64,000 nucleotides of DNA from positions 128,001 through 192,000 of the forward strand of contig JBBFKW010000002.1 of NCBI GenBank assembly GCA_037481835.1, read 5' to 3'. Below, one piece after another: positions 9,887-19,406 of this stretch. The stretch is from Desulfosoma sp. GTDB taxonomy: Bacteria; Desulfobacterota; Syntrophobacteria; Syntrophobacterales; DSM-9756. The position numbers and the translations under genes were made by a program. Each line of letters opens with the position of its first letter. The stretch's first letter is position 1. Below the pieces are notes generated by a model, which worked only from the letters and a program-made list of their open reading frames with translations, made no database searches and was not told where the DNA came from.

Positions 9887-10840
9887 TCAAAGACCGCTCA
9901 CCGAAGGATCGTAGGTGAGCAAAGGCGGCGGAACCAACGTGTCGAGCCCCGCTTCGTAGTGCCAGAGGTCAAAAGCGATTTCCGCCGTTTTTTCCTTCAA
10001 AAGCCCGATGGGGATTTTCATGGGGCAGACCCTTTCGCACTCGCCGCATTCCGTGCATCGACCCGCAAGATGCAAGGTATGGATCATGTGAAAGAGCACC
10101 TTGTCCCGAAGGCTGTCCCTCTGGCTGACCCACTTGGGAGAACGCGTTTCGGCGAGGCACCGGTCTTGGCACACACACAGAGGGCAGGCGTTTCGGCAGG
10201 CATAGCAACGCAGGCAGCGCCCCAGCTCCCTTTCCCAGAAGGCTCTGCGGGCTTCCAAAGGCTGGGCGTCCAACTCCCGCACGTGGGCGAAGGGGTCTTG
10301 AGGCGCGGGCCGGTCCACAGGATCGCCCACCAAGACGTCGGAGAGCACGGGGTTGGGATGCCGGCAACGCCGGCAACGGCGCGCCACGACACGCTCCAAG
10401 GGGATCCGTTCCGTTCCGTCGTCGGAGACGATTTCCACAATGTCCCGAGTGAAACGCACATGGGTCACCGGGGCGGAACTGGTGCGGGCGGCGTTCAAGG
10501 CGTCCGGATCCACCGTCCCGGAACAGGGAAGTCCCACAATGAGGAGTCGATCCCGAGAGACCAGGCCTTCCTGGATGAGGGCGACCAGTGAGCGGCTATC
10601 GCAGCCTTTGACGCAGACGGCGGTTTTTTTAGGCCCTTCGGCGGTCTTTTCCCATGTCTTGGCCAGGTACCCGGAAAGATTGGGCGCACACAGGGGATTC
10701 CACAGGAGCTTGGTGAGGTCTTCCCGGCGCCGGATGAAGGCCGGCACGGCACGAAACGGGTCATAGCCCGCCTCCCAGCCCAAAACGACCTCCACCTCGT
10801 CCCACAGGGATTCCAACACGGTTGTCAAACTGTCCGCCAT
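9887..10840 (-). CDS. flxC: 4Fe-4S subunit FlxC
   Basis: VKGCDSR, CLRCYACRNACPLCVC, HLAGRCTECGECERVCP. Confidence 0.85.
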   Translation of the reverse strand: MADSLTTVLESLWDEVEVVLGWEAGYDPFRAVPAFIRRREDLTKLLWNPLCAPNLSGYLAKTWEKTAEGPKKTAVCVKGCDSRSLVALIQEGLVSRDRLLIVGLPCSGTVDPDALNAARTSSAPVTHVRFTRDIVEIVSDDGTERIPLERVVARRCRRCRHPNPVLSDVLVGDPVDRPAPQDPFAHVRELDAQPLEARRAFWERELGRCLRCYACRNACPLCVCQDRCLAETRSPKWVSQRDSLRDKVLFHMIHTLHLAGRCTECGECERVCPMKIPIGLLKEKTAEIAFDLWHYEAGLDTLVPPPLLTYDPSVSGL

Positions 10841-10995
10841 ATGCTCGATGCGTCCTTTGTCATGGTGTCAAAAAAATCCGGCGGCCGGGCTCGCCGGATA
10901 TCATGGACAATGCCGGGTTTTCGCACTGTCGTTCGCCCCGAAAAACCGGGCCGCCGTTGTGCGCCTTGGGTGTTGCGCGTTGGAGCTCGCCGCCT

Positions 10996-11451
10996 TCATC
11001 CCGACAAAAATTGCCGCGAGTGTGATGCCGGGGCCGACGAGCCAATGCCCGGATTGGGGCCCAGCTCTTCGATGAGGGCCGAAAACTCGGTCACCACCTG
11101 CTGCCATCGTTGCCCTTCGGAAGCCGACACCCAGGTGTAGCGGAATCGGCGCGGATCCATACCGATGAACGAAAGGAAGCGTCCCACCGTCTCCAGTCGG
11201 CGCCGCGCGTAAAAGTTTCCCACACCGTAGTGGCAATCCTTGGGATGGCAGCCGGAAACCAAGACTCCGTCCGCGCCTTGGACGAGGGCTTTGACGACGA
11301 ACATGGGGTCCATTCGCCCCGTGCAGGGAATGCGGATGATCCGAAGAAGCGCCGGCTGGCGGAACCGGCACACGCCGGCGGTGTCCGCCCCGCCGTAAGA
11401 GCACCAATTGCACAAGAAGCCGAGAATTCGAAGGGAGGACCGATCCGTCAC
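10996..11451 (-). CDS. flxD: MvhD-like 2Fe-2S subunit FlxD
   Basis: GFLCNWCSYGGAD, PCTGR, GADGVLVSGCHPKDCHY, WVSASEG. Confidence 0.9.
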   Translation of the reverse strand: MTDRSSLRILGFLCNWCSYGGADTAGVCRFRQPALLRIIRIPCTGRMDPMFVVKALVQGADGVLVSGCHPKDCHYGVGNFYARRRLETVGRFLSFIGMDPRRFRYTWVSASEGQRWQQVVTEFSALIEELGPNPGIGSSAPASHSRQFLSG

Positions 11452-11498
11452 CTGTCACCTCGTGATTTCGCTTCCGTCGGAAAAGGGCCGAAACGCCG

Positions 11499-13457
11499 CT
11501 AGGCGCACAGCGTTTCCAATTGGGCCAGAATCTGATCGTCCGTAAAGTGGTTGAGCTGCACGGCCTTGGGCGGGCATGTGGCGTTGCACAGGCCGCAGCC
11601 TTGGCAGACCGTTTCCAAAACCTGGGCCTTTTTCGTCCCGTCGCGGAGCGTCTTCCATTGGATGGCCCCGAAGGGACAGACGCTCAGGCACTTGCCGCAC
11701 CCGATGCAAACCTTTTCCATCACGTGGGCCGTCTGCGGGTCGGTGGCAATGCTGTCTCGGGCGAAAAGGGCCAGGACTTTGGCCGCCGCCGCACTGCCTT
11801 GGGCCACGGACGCGGGGATGTCCTTCGGGCCCTGGCAGGCCCCGGCCAGATAAATCCCCGCCGTGTTGGTTTCCACGGGTTTCAGCTTGGGGTGGCCTTC
11901 CATGAAAAAACCGTTTGTGTCTGCGGAAATATGAAGCTTTTCCGCCAATTCCCGGGCTCCTCGGGACGGTTCCACCCCGGTGGCGAGAACCACGAGATCG
12001 GCATCCACTTCCACCCGAGCTCCCAGGAGGGTATCGGCCCCCTGGACGACCAGCCGCTCGCCCTTGGGGTAGATCTTGCCCACCCGTCCCCGAATGTACT
12101 GAACCCCGTATTCTTCAACAGCCCGGCGCACGAACTCGTCGTAATTCTTTCCCGGCGCTCTGATGTCCATGTAGAAAACGTAGCAGCGCGCCTCGGGCAG
12201 ATGGTCCCGGGCCAGGATGGCCTGCTTGGCGATGACCATGCAACAGACTCCCGAGCAATAGGGGCGGTTTACCGATTTGTCCCGGGATCCCACACAGGCG
12301 ACGAAGACGATGTCTCGGGGTTCCCGCCCGTCTGAGGGCCGCCGGATATGGCCGCCGTAAGGCCCCGAGGCGCTCAGGATGCGTTCGAACTGCATCGCCG
12401 TGATCACGTCCGGGTATCTGCCCGCACCGTATTCCCCATAGGCTGCGGGATCGAAAAGATCGTAGCCCGTGGCCACGATGATGGCGCCCACGTGTTCCAC
12501 AACCTGCCGGTCCTCCATGTCGAAGCGAACGGCCCCCACGGGACAGATCTTTTGGCACACTCGGCATTTCCCCGTGCTGAAATACCTGCAGGCACTTCTA
12601 TCGATGTGAGCCTTTTTGGGAATGGCTTGGGGAAAGGGAATGCGGATAGCCGGGGCCGCTCCCAAGCCTTCGTTGAACCCGTCGGGGTTCTTCTTGGACG
12701 GGCATTTTTCCATGCACAGGCCGCATCCCGTGCAGGCGTCCCAATCCACGTAGACGGCCTTCTTGCGCAAGGTGACCGTAAAATTGCCGATGGTGCCGCT
12801 CAGGGACTCCACTTCTGTGGCGGCGTGAAGCGTGATGTTTTCCTTTTGCGCCACGTCCACCATCTTGGGGCCGAGAATGCAGGACGAACAGTCGATGGTC
12901 GGAAAGGTCTTGTCCAGCTTGGCCATCTTGCCGCCGATGGTGGGTTCCCTTTCCACAAGCACCACGTCCAGGCCGGCGTCAGCGCAATCCAGGGCGGCTT
13001 GGATGCCCGCCACCCCGCCGCCGATGACCATGACGCGTTTGGTGAGGGGCACTTGGGAGCCGAAAAGCGGCTCGTTCCGGCGCACCTTGGCCACGGCCAT
13101 GCGCACCAGTTCAAGGGCTTTTTCGGTGTTGGCGGCCTTGTCCTGGCCGATCCATGAAACGTGCTCCCGGATGTTGGCCATTTCCAGGAGGTACCGGTTG
13201 AGCCCCGCCTTTTCCACGGCGCGACGGAAGGTGAGCTCGTGCATGCGCGGGGAGCAGGCGGCGACTACCACGCCCTGGAGCCGATGGGTGAGGACGGCGT
13301 TTTGGATTTCCTGCTGGCCCGGTTCGGAACACGTGTACAGGAGTTCCGTGGCATAGACCACGTCCGGGGATGCCAGAGCCCCGGCCGCCACCGCTTGGGT
13401 ATCCACGGTGCCGGCGATGTTCGTTCCGCAGCGGCAGACAAAGACACCGATCCGCAT
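11499..13457 (-). CDS. hdrA: Heterodisulfide reductase subunit A (flavin electron-bifurcating)
   Basis: RIGVFVCRCGTNIA, AACSPRMHE, IGGGVAG, DKTFPTIDC, CVGSRD, multiple ferredoxin motifs. Confidence 0.96.
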   Translation of the reverse strand: MRIGVFVCRCGTNIAGTVDTQAVAAGALASPDVVYATELLYTCSEPGQQEIQNAVLTHRLQGVVVAACSPRMHELTFRRAVEKAGLNRYLLEMANIREHVSWIGQDKAANTEKALELVRMAVAKVRRNEPLFGSQVPLTKRVMVIGGGVAGIQAALDCADAGLDVVLVEREPTIGGKMAKLDKTFPTIDCSSCILGPKMVDVAQKENITLHAATEVESLSGTIGNFTVTLRKKAVYVDWDACTGCGLCMEKCPSKKNPDGFNEGLGAAPAIRIPFPQAIPKKAHIDRSACRYFSTGKCRVCQKICPVGAVRFDMEDRQVVEHVGAIIVATGYDLFDPAAYGEYGAGRYPDVITAMQFERILSASGPYGGHIRRPSDGREPRDIVFVACVGSRDKSVNRPYCSGVCCMVIAKQAILARDHLPEARCYVFYMDIRAPGKNYDEFVRRAVEEYGVQYIRGRVGKIYPKGERLVVQGADTLLGARVEVDADLVVLATGVEPSRGARELAEKLHISADTNGFFMEGHPKLKPVETNTAGIYLAGACQGPKDIPASVAQGSAAAAKVLALFARDSIATDPQTAHVMEKVCIGCGKCLSVCPFGAIQWKTLRDGTKKAQVLETVCQGCGLCNATCPPKAVQLNHFTDDQILAQLETLCA

Positions 13458-13478
13458 GAGCGTTCCCTCAATTCATCT

Positions 13479-14369
13479 TCACGATTCCGAAGGCTCCGGG
13501 GGCTCCCGGGCCGGCAAGAGGCCGTCTCCAGGCACGATGAGTTTTTCCAATCCCAGGTCTTTTTGCGGCAGTCCCAGGGCCCAGCCGATGACCTGGGTGA
13601 GGTAAAAAACGGGGATGCCGAAACGGGTTCCCATGGCCTTTTCCGCCTGAGCCTGCCTCAGGTCCAGGTTCTGCTGGCACAAAGGACAGGCGACGACGAT
13701 GGCTCGAGCCCCCGAGCGCTGGGCCATATCCAGAATGCGACCCGAGAGGCGGGAGACGATGTCGCTTCGCGTGATGCCCGAGGTCGCCCCGCAGCATTCG
13801 GTTTTGAAAGGAAAGTCCGGAACGGTGCAGCCGACGGCTTCCAAAAGGCGGTCCATGGAAACCGGGTTTTCGGGATCATCGAACCGCGCGACGGCCTGGG
13901 GGCGGGTGAGCAAACATCCGTAGTAGGGCACCACCGGCAGGCCGTCGAACCCCCGGCGCACGGCTCGGGACAGTGCCTCGGGGCCGACCTTTTCGTAGAG
14001 AAGCTGCAGCACGGATACGGCATGCACTTGTTCGGACAGGGGGCGGCCCAAAGCCTGAGCCAAGGCCTCAGGGTGGGAATCGCGGATTTTGATGGCCCCC
14101 TTGAGCGCCTTGAGGCACCCGGGACACGGCGTCATGACGGTGTTCAAATGGTTCTCTTGGGCTAGAAGGAGATTGCGCCCGGCAAGGGCAGCGGAAAGCA
14201 TGGGCTCATGGAGGGAGGCCGGGGAGGAGCCGCAGCAGTTCCAATCGTTCAGTTCCACCAGGGTGAGGCCGAGCGCCCGGCACACGGCTCGGGTGGACAC
14301 ATCGTATTCCACCGCCAGGCCTTCCAAAGAACATCCGGGATAATAGGCAACGCAGTCGCTCATGGGCAT
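13479..14369 (-). CDS. hdrB: Heterodisulfide reductase subunit B
   Basis: YYPGCS, WNCCG, YYGC, ECCG, CPLCQQNLD (two CCG domains). Confidence 0.94.
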   Translation of the reverse strand: MPMSDCVAYYPGCSLEGLAVEYDVSTRAVCRALGLTLVELNDWNCCGSSPASLHEPMLSAALAGRNLLLAQENHLNTVMTPCPGCLKALKGAIKIRDSHPEALAQALGRPLSEQVHAVSVLQLLYEKVGPEALSRAVRRGFDGLPVVPYYGCLLTRPQAVARFDDPENPVSMDRLLEAVGCTVPDFPFKTECCGATSGITRSDIVSRLSGRILDMAQRSGARAIVVACPLCQQNLDLRQAQAEKAMGTRFGIPVFYLTQVIGWALGLPQKDLGLEKLIVPGDGLLPAREPPEPSES

Positions 14370-14395
14370 GAGGCACCTGTGACCATAACGGAGCG

Positions 14396-14962
14396 TTAGA
14401 GAGCGCTGGAAAAACGTTTCACCAGAGCGGCCACTTCCCGACGGCCTCCGATGCGATGGGGCACGAAGCTCAGCTTGCCTTTTTTCAAGAGTTCGGGAGC
14501 CAACTCCATGTCGCTCAGGACGGTTCCCGACCGGAGCTTGTAGGCGGCAAGCAGGCCGGCTTCGAAAACGCGCCCGAAAAGGGATACCGACCGGAGAAAT
14601 TCATCGGCGAAACGCCGCAGGTTCTTGTCGGCGACATACCCGTTTTCCAAGGCAAGGACCCGAAGGGTGCCCATGACCCGGGCAACGTCGATGGTGCACG
14701 GGCATCGCACCGTGCAGGCCTGGCACTGGCCGCACAACCAGATGGCCCGACTGCCGAGCACGGTTTCCTTGCGGCCCAACTGGATCAGGCGCATGATCTG
14801 GTTGACGGGAAAGTCGTAATCGTCCGTAAAGGCGCAGCTCGCCGTGCAGTTGCCGCATTGGTAACACTGGGAGACCTTTTGATGGCTTTGTTGTTCCACG
14901 CGGCGCACAAAGGCGCAGTCATGGTGCTCCTGAATCCTCAGAACGTTCTGCCCGTTTTTCAT
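14396..14962 (-). CDS. hdrC: Heterodisulfide reductase subunit C
   Basis: CYQCGNCTASC and IWLCGQCQACTVRCP; start placed at MKNGQ, after the GAF gene. Confidence 0.92.
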   Translation of the reverse strand: MKNGQNVLRIQEHHDCAFVRRVEQQSHQKVSQCYQCGNCTASCAFTDDYDFPVNQIMRLIQLGRKETVLGSRAIWLCGQCQACTVRCPCTIDVARVMGTLRVLALENGYVADKNLRRFADEFLRSVSLFGRVFEAGLLAAYKLRSGTVLSDMELAPELLKKGKLSFVPHRIGGRREVAALVKRFSSAL

Positions 14963-14975
14963 GACCGTCTCGTCC

Positions 14976-16025
14976 CTAGCGGCTGCTTCCTTCGTAACCG
15001 AAATCGATGAGCAGTTGCTGGTATTCGTATTTGACGCGCTGGTACATGCGAGCGTTTTCAATGGCCATGGCGCACTGTTGGGCGACGGCGGCCGCAAACT
15101 GGATTTCCAAGTCGTGGAACGGGGGACGTTCCCCGGTGAGGATCCGCAGCACGCCGATGACCTTGCCGCGCACCTGCAAGGGAATGGAAAGGATCTTGCG
15201 GATGCCTTCCTCGATGACTTCCGCACGGTATTGGATCCGCGGGTCCGTGTACACGTCCTCGATGACGACGATCCGGCCGGCCATGTTTTCGGCGATGCTT
15301 TTCGCCGCATCCACTGGACCTTTCTTGAGGAACCGCTCGCTCAAGCCGTAGGCCTGGGCCAGGTAGAGCGTGTTGGACTTGGGATCCAGGAGGCGGACGG
15401 TCGTGCCGAGAACCCCCATGACCTGCGTGATTTTGGTGACCACCAGTTCCAGCACCTTGTTGATGTTCAGCGTCGAATTGATGGCCTGGGTGATGTCCTG
15501 GAAGCTGCTCAGATAACGCCGCTCCCTTTCGACGAGGGATTCCAGCTTGCGTTCCCATGCCAGGGCCACGATCCCGCGGCCCGCCAAGGCTTCGGCAAAC
15601 TGGATTTCTTCCTTTGTGAAGGTTCTGGGTTCGGCCGAAAACAAAACGAGCATCCCCGCAGGGTGCTGCTCCACCTCGAGGGGAATGACGGCGGCGGCGC
15701 GGATGCCTTCGAGGAGCATGGCTTCCCAATCCCCGTCGCCGTTTTGGGCGCGCAGATCCTCGATCTGGATCACCTCCTGCGGAACCGCCGCACACGGGCT
15801 TCCCTGACGGGGTTTGGAAAAAAGAAAATGTTCGCTCAAGCCCCAACCGGCCACCAGTTCCAGCCGGGATCGGGTCGGGTCATAAGCCTTGATGACCGCC
15901 CCCTTGAGGCCGAGGGATTGGGTGAGGCGCCGCACGATGAGGTTCATGACGTCGGCGGCTTCCACGCCGTCGCACAGAGCGCGGCTCACTTCCGCAAAAG
16001 GTTTGAGAATGCTGGAAACATCCAT
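14976..16025 (-). CDS. Tandem GAF-domain protein without output domain
   Basis: Two repeats (LELVAGWGLSEHF / LYLAQAYGLSERF; VIPLEV / SIPLQV) and a C-terminal AMAIENARMY helix. Confidence 0.85.
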   Translation of the reverse strand: MDVSSILKPFAEVSRALCDGVEAADVMNLIVRRLTQSLGLKGAVIKAYDPTRSRLELVAGWGLSEHFLFSKPRQGSPCAAVPQEVIQIEDLRAQNGDGDWEAMLLEGIRAAAVIPLEVEQHPAGMLVLFSAEPRTFTKEEIQFAEALAGRGIVALAWERKLESLVERERRYLSSFQDITQAINSTLNINKVLELVVTKITQVMGVLGTTVRLLDPKSNTLYLAQAYGLSERFLKKGPVDAAKSIAENMAGRIVVIEDVYTDPRIQYRAEVIEEGIRKILSIPLQVRGKVIGVLRILTGERPPFHDLEIQFAAAVAQQCAMAIENARMYQRVKYEYQQLLIDFGYEGSSR

Positions 16026-16116
16026 ACCGGCTTTCCTTTGCGTGTCGGCATCGACTCTATGGCATCCCCCGTGGGGGGAAGAAAAAGCCCCTCGACAGCC
16101 GGCGAGAGGCCCATGA

Positions 16117-16174
16117 ATGAATGACCATTCATAACAGGAGCGCTAATTTAGGCAAAGACGCTCGGCCCTGTCAA
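16117..16174 (-). promoter_or_regulatory. Promoter of the GAF-hdr-flx operon with downstream palindromic operator
   Basis: Minus strand TTGACA-N18-TAAATT (16174-16145); palindrome ATGAATG-AC-CATTCAT at 16117-16132. Confidence 0.6.
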
Positions 16175-16342
16175 TCCCCATGGTCATGATCCCCCAAGAC
16201 TGGAGGGGCGGCCCGTTTTCGGCTGTGGGCCCGGTGAGCCCCCATGGGTAAAAAGGGCCGTGGCGAGGGGATGCGTTGCGGGGAAAAGCCTTGACCTTTT
16301 TGGGAACCTTCGGATTTGATGAGATGGCTCGTGAGGGGATCC

Positions 16343-16420
16343 TGGTCGGGACGGGCGGATTTGAACCGCCGACCCCCTGCTCCCAAGGCAGGTGCGCTGA
16401 CCAGTCTGCGCTACGCCCCG
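16343..16420 (-). tRNA. tRNA-Pro(TGG)
   Basis: CGGGGCG acceptor, anticodon arm CCTGC-CT-TGG-GA-GCAGG, GTTCAAATC, encoded CCA. Confidence 0.96.
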
Positions 16421-16655
16421 ACGCGTCCCGAGCGGGACGGGATTGGCTCGGTGCCTATCACAGCGATCCTTGAAATGCAAGCCGATTACCAGGAGGGGCC
16501 GAGGAAGGGCGAGGCAATAAAGAAGGGCTCGCGAAGAAGATGGGCCGCCGCAGGGCTGGTGGATCTGCGGAGAGCCTGAGGGTGTCAACCGCGGCGGAAG
16601 CGGGATGATCTTCACATGAAAAGCGGGGCGCCAAGCCCCGGGTGAGGAGACGTGG

Positions 16656-18869
16656 ATGGTGCGCAGTATTGCGGTGATGACCAGCGGCGGGGACGCGCCG
16701 GGCATGAACGCCGGGGTTCGGGCGGTGGTTCGGCGCGCTTTGGATTGCGGGTTAAAGGTCTACGGCATCCAAAACGGCTATGAAGGGCTGGTAAGCGGCG
16801 GTGGATCCATTCGCCCCATGGGGTGGAACGACGTGGGCGGGATCCTTCCCCGGGGCGGAACGTTTCTCGGCACGGCCCGGTCCGAAAGATTCCGCAGTCG
16901 CGAAGGTCGGCTCGAGGCCGTGAGGAATCTTGTGGCCGTGGGGATTGACGCCCTTGTGGTGATCGGAGGCGACGGGTCGCTCATGGGAGCCCATATCCTG
17001 GCGGAAGAGTGGCCGTCCCACGTGGAAGCGCTTCAGAAGGAAGGCGTATCGGAAGCGCCCCAAGCCTTGCACGTCGTGGGTCTTCCCGGATCCATCGATA
17101 ATGACCTCTACGGGACGGACATGTCCATCGGGGTGGATACGGCGCTGAACCACATCGTGCAAGCCATCGACGATTTGACGTCCACGGCGGCGTCCCACCA
17201 GCGCACCTTCGTGGTGGAAACCATGGGGCGCCACTGCGGATACCTGGCCCTCATGGGGGCTCTGGGCGGTGGAGCCTCCTGGGTGCTTGTGCCCGAAGAG
17301 GAATTGGACCTGCGCTGGCATCAGAAGATGACGCGGGCCATCGAAAAGGCGCGAGCCATCGGGCGGCCGCACCAGATGGTCGTGGTGGCGGAAGGGGCCC
17401 GCCATCCCGACGGACTGCCGATTCGAACCGAGGAACTCAAGAAGATCCTGGCGGACCGCTTGGGCATTGATGTGCGTGCGACCGTCTTGGGCCACGTGCA
17501 GCGGGGCGGGGCGCCTTCGGCTTTCGATCGGATTCTCGCCACCCGCCTGGGTGTGGCCGCCGTGGACGCCCTGGTGCAAGCGGGGGACGAGCCGCTTCGG
17601 CACATGGTCGGGCTCCAAAAGAACCGAGTGGTCATGACCCCTCTGATGGAAGTGGTGGAAAAGAGCCAAGCGGTGGGCAAGCAGATCGACCAGGGATACT
17701 ACCAGGAAGCGCAGAAACTTCGCGGGGAAGGATTCATTCGCACCCTGGAACTCATCAAGACGCTCACGCGCATCGAGCCGGCGGCGGCGACGCATACGGA
17801 CGGCGCCGTAGCGCTGCTCACCGGAGGAGCCGACGCCCCGGGGATGAACACGGCGGTGAGCATCGCCGCCCGGTGCCTCATGAACGAAGGGTTTCCCGTA
17901 CTGGGGGTGCGGGACGCCTTCTGGGGCCTGATCCGAGGGGAATTCATGCCCCTGGAATGGAACGAGCTGACCTCGTGGGTTAACCGGCCCAGTTCGGATC
18001 TGGGCACCATGAGGCACGACCTCAGTGCGCAAGACGTGGAAAGGGTGGCCCAAACCATCGAAAAGCACCAAATCCGGGGACTCATCGCCATCGGCGGCTT
18101 GGGGACCTACCAGAACGTGGTGCGGCTGGTTGAGAGGGCCTCCGAGCTGAAACCTTTGGCCATTCCCATGGTCTTGGTCCCGGCGACCATCGACAACAAC
18201 CTTCCGGGAACGGAATTCACCATCGGCTGCGATACGGCGCTGAACAACATCGTGCAGGCCATCGACAAGATCCGGCACACGGCGGGTGCCACCAAGCGCA
18301 CCTTCGTGGTGGAAGTCATGGGGCGCCAGTCCGGGTTTCTCGCCTTGATGGCGGCTTTGGCTTCCGGAGCGGAAAAGGCCTATCTGCCGGAAAAAGGCAT
18401 CACGCTGGCCGAACTGAACGAAGATGTGGCCGCCCTTCGAGAAAGCTTCCAGTGCGGAAAAAGGATGGTCATCTATCTACGAAACGAGAATGCATCGCGG
18501 CATTACACCACGGATTTCATCAGCCGCCTTTTGGAGGAGGAAAGCCATGGGCTGTACCAGGTGCGAACCGCCATCCTCGGGCATCTCCAACGGGGCGGCG
18601 TCCCGTCGGCCTTCGACCGCATTCTCGCCAGCCGCATGGGGTCGACGGCGGCTCGAGAAATGAGCGCCATGCTGCGCCAAGACCGGCGGGACGTTTTGGT
18701 CCTGGGCCAACGGGGCAGGGGTTTGGAGGTCTTTCCGTTGGCGCAGATTCTTCAAGAGATTGATTTCAAAGAGGGTCGTCCCAAAGCGGAATGGTTTCTT
18801 GAGCTTACGGCCATGGCGGAGGCGCTGGCCAAGCACGCGCCGGTCTGCCGCATGGACGAGTCGAGGTGA
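16656..18869 (+). CDS. pfkA: ATP-dependent 6-phosphofructokinase, internally duplicated (eukaryote-like architecture)
   Basis: Two PFK halves: TSGGDAPGMN/GGDGS/GSIDND/MGRHCG/LGHVQRGG and TGGADAPGMN/ATIDNN/MGRQSG/LGHLQRGG. Confidence 0.92.
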   Translation: MVRSIAVMTSGGDAPGMNAGVRAVVRRALDCGLKVYGIQNGYEGLVSGGGSIRPMGWNDVGGILPRGGTFLGTARSERFRSREGRLEAVRNLVAVGIDALVVIGGDGSLMGAHILAEEWPSHVEALQKEGVSEAPQALHVVGLPGSIDNDLYGTDMSIGVDTALNHIVQAIDDLTSTAASHQRTFVVETMGRHCGYLALMGALGGGASWVLVPEEELDLRWHQKMTRAIEKARAIGRPHQMVVVAEGARHPDGLPIRTEELKKILADRLGIDVRATVLGHVQRGGAPSAFDRILATRLGVAAVDALVQAGDEPLRHMVGLQKNRVVMTPLMEVVEKSQAVGKQIDQGYYQEAQKLRGEGFIRTLELIKTLTRIEPAAATHTDGAVALLTGGADAPGMNTAVSIAARCLMNEGFPVLGVRDAFWGLIRGEFMPLEWNELTSWVNRPSSDLGTMRHDLSAQDVERVAQTIEKHQIRGLIAIGGLGTYQNVVRLVERASELKPLAIPMVLVPATIDNNLPGTEFTIGCDTALNNIVQAIDKIRHTAGATKRTFVVEVMGRQSGFLALMAALASGAEKAYLPEKGITLAELNEDVAALRESFQCGKRMVIYLRNENASRHYTTDFISRLLEEESHGLYQVRTAILGHLQRGGVPSAFDRILASRMGSTAAREMSAMLRQDRRDVLVLGQRGRGLEVFPLAQILQEIDFKEGRPKAEWFLELTAMAEALAKHAPVCRMDESR

Positions 18870-18872
18870 GCC

Positions 18873-19400
18873 ATGAGACGGATGGTCTTTGTTCTGTGCC
18901 TCTGTGTGTTGGGGATTTCGGCCGGATGCGCCCACGTCATCTCTCCCGGGGTGCGCGAGCAGGCGACCATGAATCTCGGCCTGGAAGAGGTGCGTCGAAA
19001 CCCGGATTTTTACAAGGGCAAGGTGATCATCTGGAGCGGCAAGATTCTCTCCGGAGAAAACAGGGCCGACGGGACATGGTTTGAAATCCTCGAACTGCCG
19101 GCCGACCGGCAGGGAAAACCGTCCAATTCCACTCGATCGGGAGGAAGGTTTCTCGCCAAAGATCCTCGCTTTGTGGACACGGCCCTCTTTGCTCCCAACC
19201 GGCTGGTGACCGTGGCCGGGACCATCACCGGAACGGAGCAGAGGAACGTGGGCGCCGTTTCCTACGTGTACCCCGTCGTGACCGTCCTGGAAATGCACCT
19301 ATGGCCCGAGGAACCGGTGGTCATCCGGGACCCCTATTGGGAGGACCGGTACCCTCCCATTTGGTGGCGGTTTTACTTCGGGCACGGGTGGTGCTGGTGA
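18873..19400 (+). CDS. Slp-family outer-membrane lipoprotein
   Basis: Lipobox ISAGC; WSGKI, GGRFLA, LVTVAG, YVYPVV motifs. Confidence 0.85.
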   Translation: MRRMVFVLCLCVLGISAGCAHVISPGVREQATMNLGLEEVRRNPDFYKGKVIIWSGKILSGENRADGTWFEILELPADRQGKPSNSTRSGGRFLAKDPRFVDTALFAPNRLVTVAGTITGTEQRNVGAVSYVYPVVTVLEMHLWPEEPVVIRDPYWEDRYPPIWWRFYFGHGWCW

Positions 19401-19406
19401 GCGCCC

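Noticed and set aside
10841..10998. flxD TGA read-through or fusion to flxC across the 155-nt gap
   Set aside because: The gap is out of frame with flxC; FlxD is complete and has Cys at all ligand positions
11499..13457. HdrA as a selenoprotein
   Set aside because: No in-frame TGA; all motif positions are Cys
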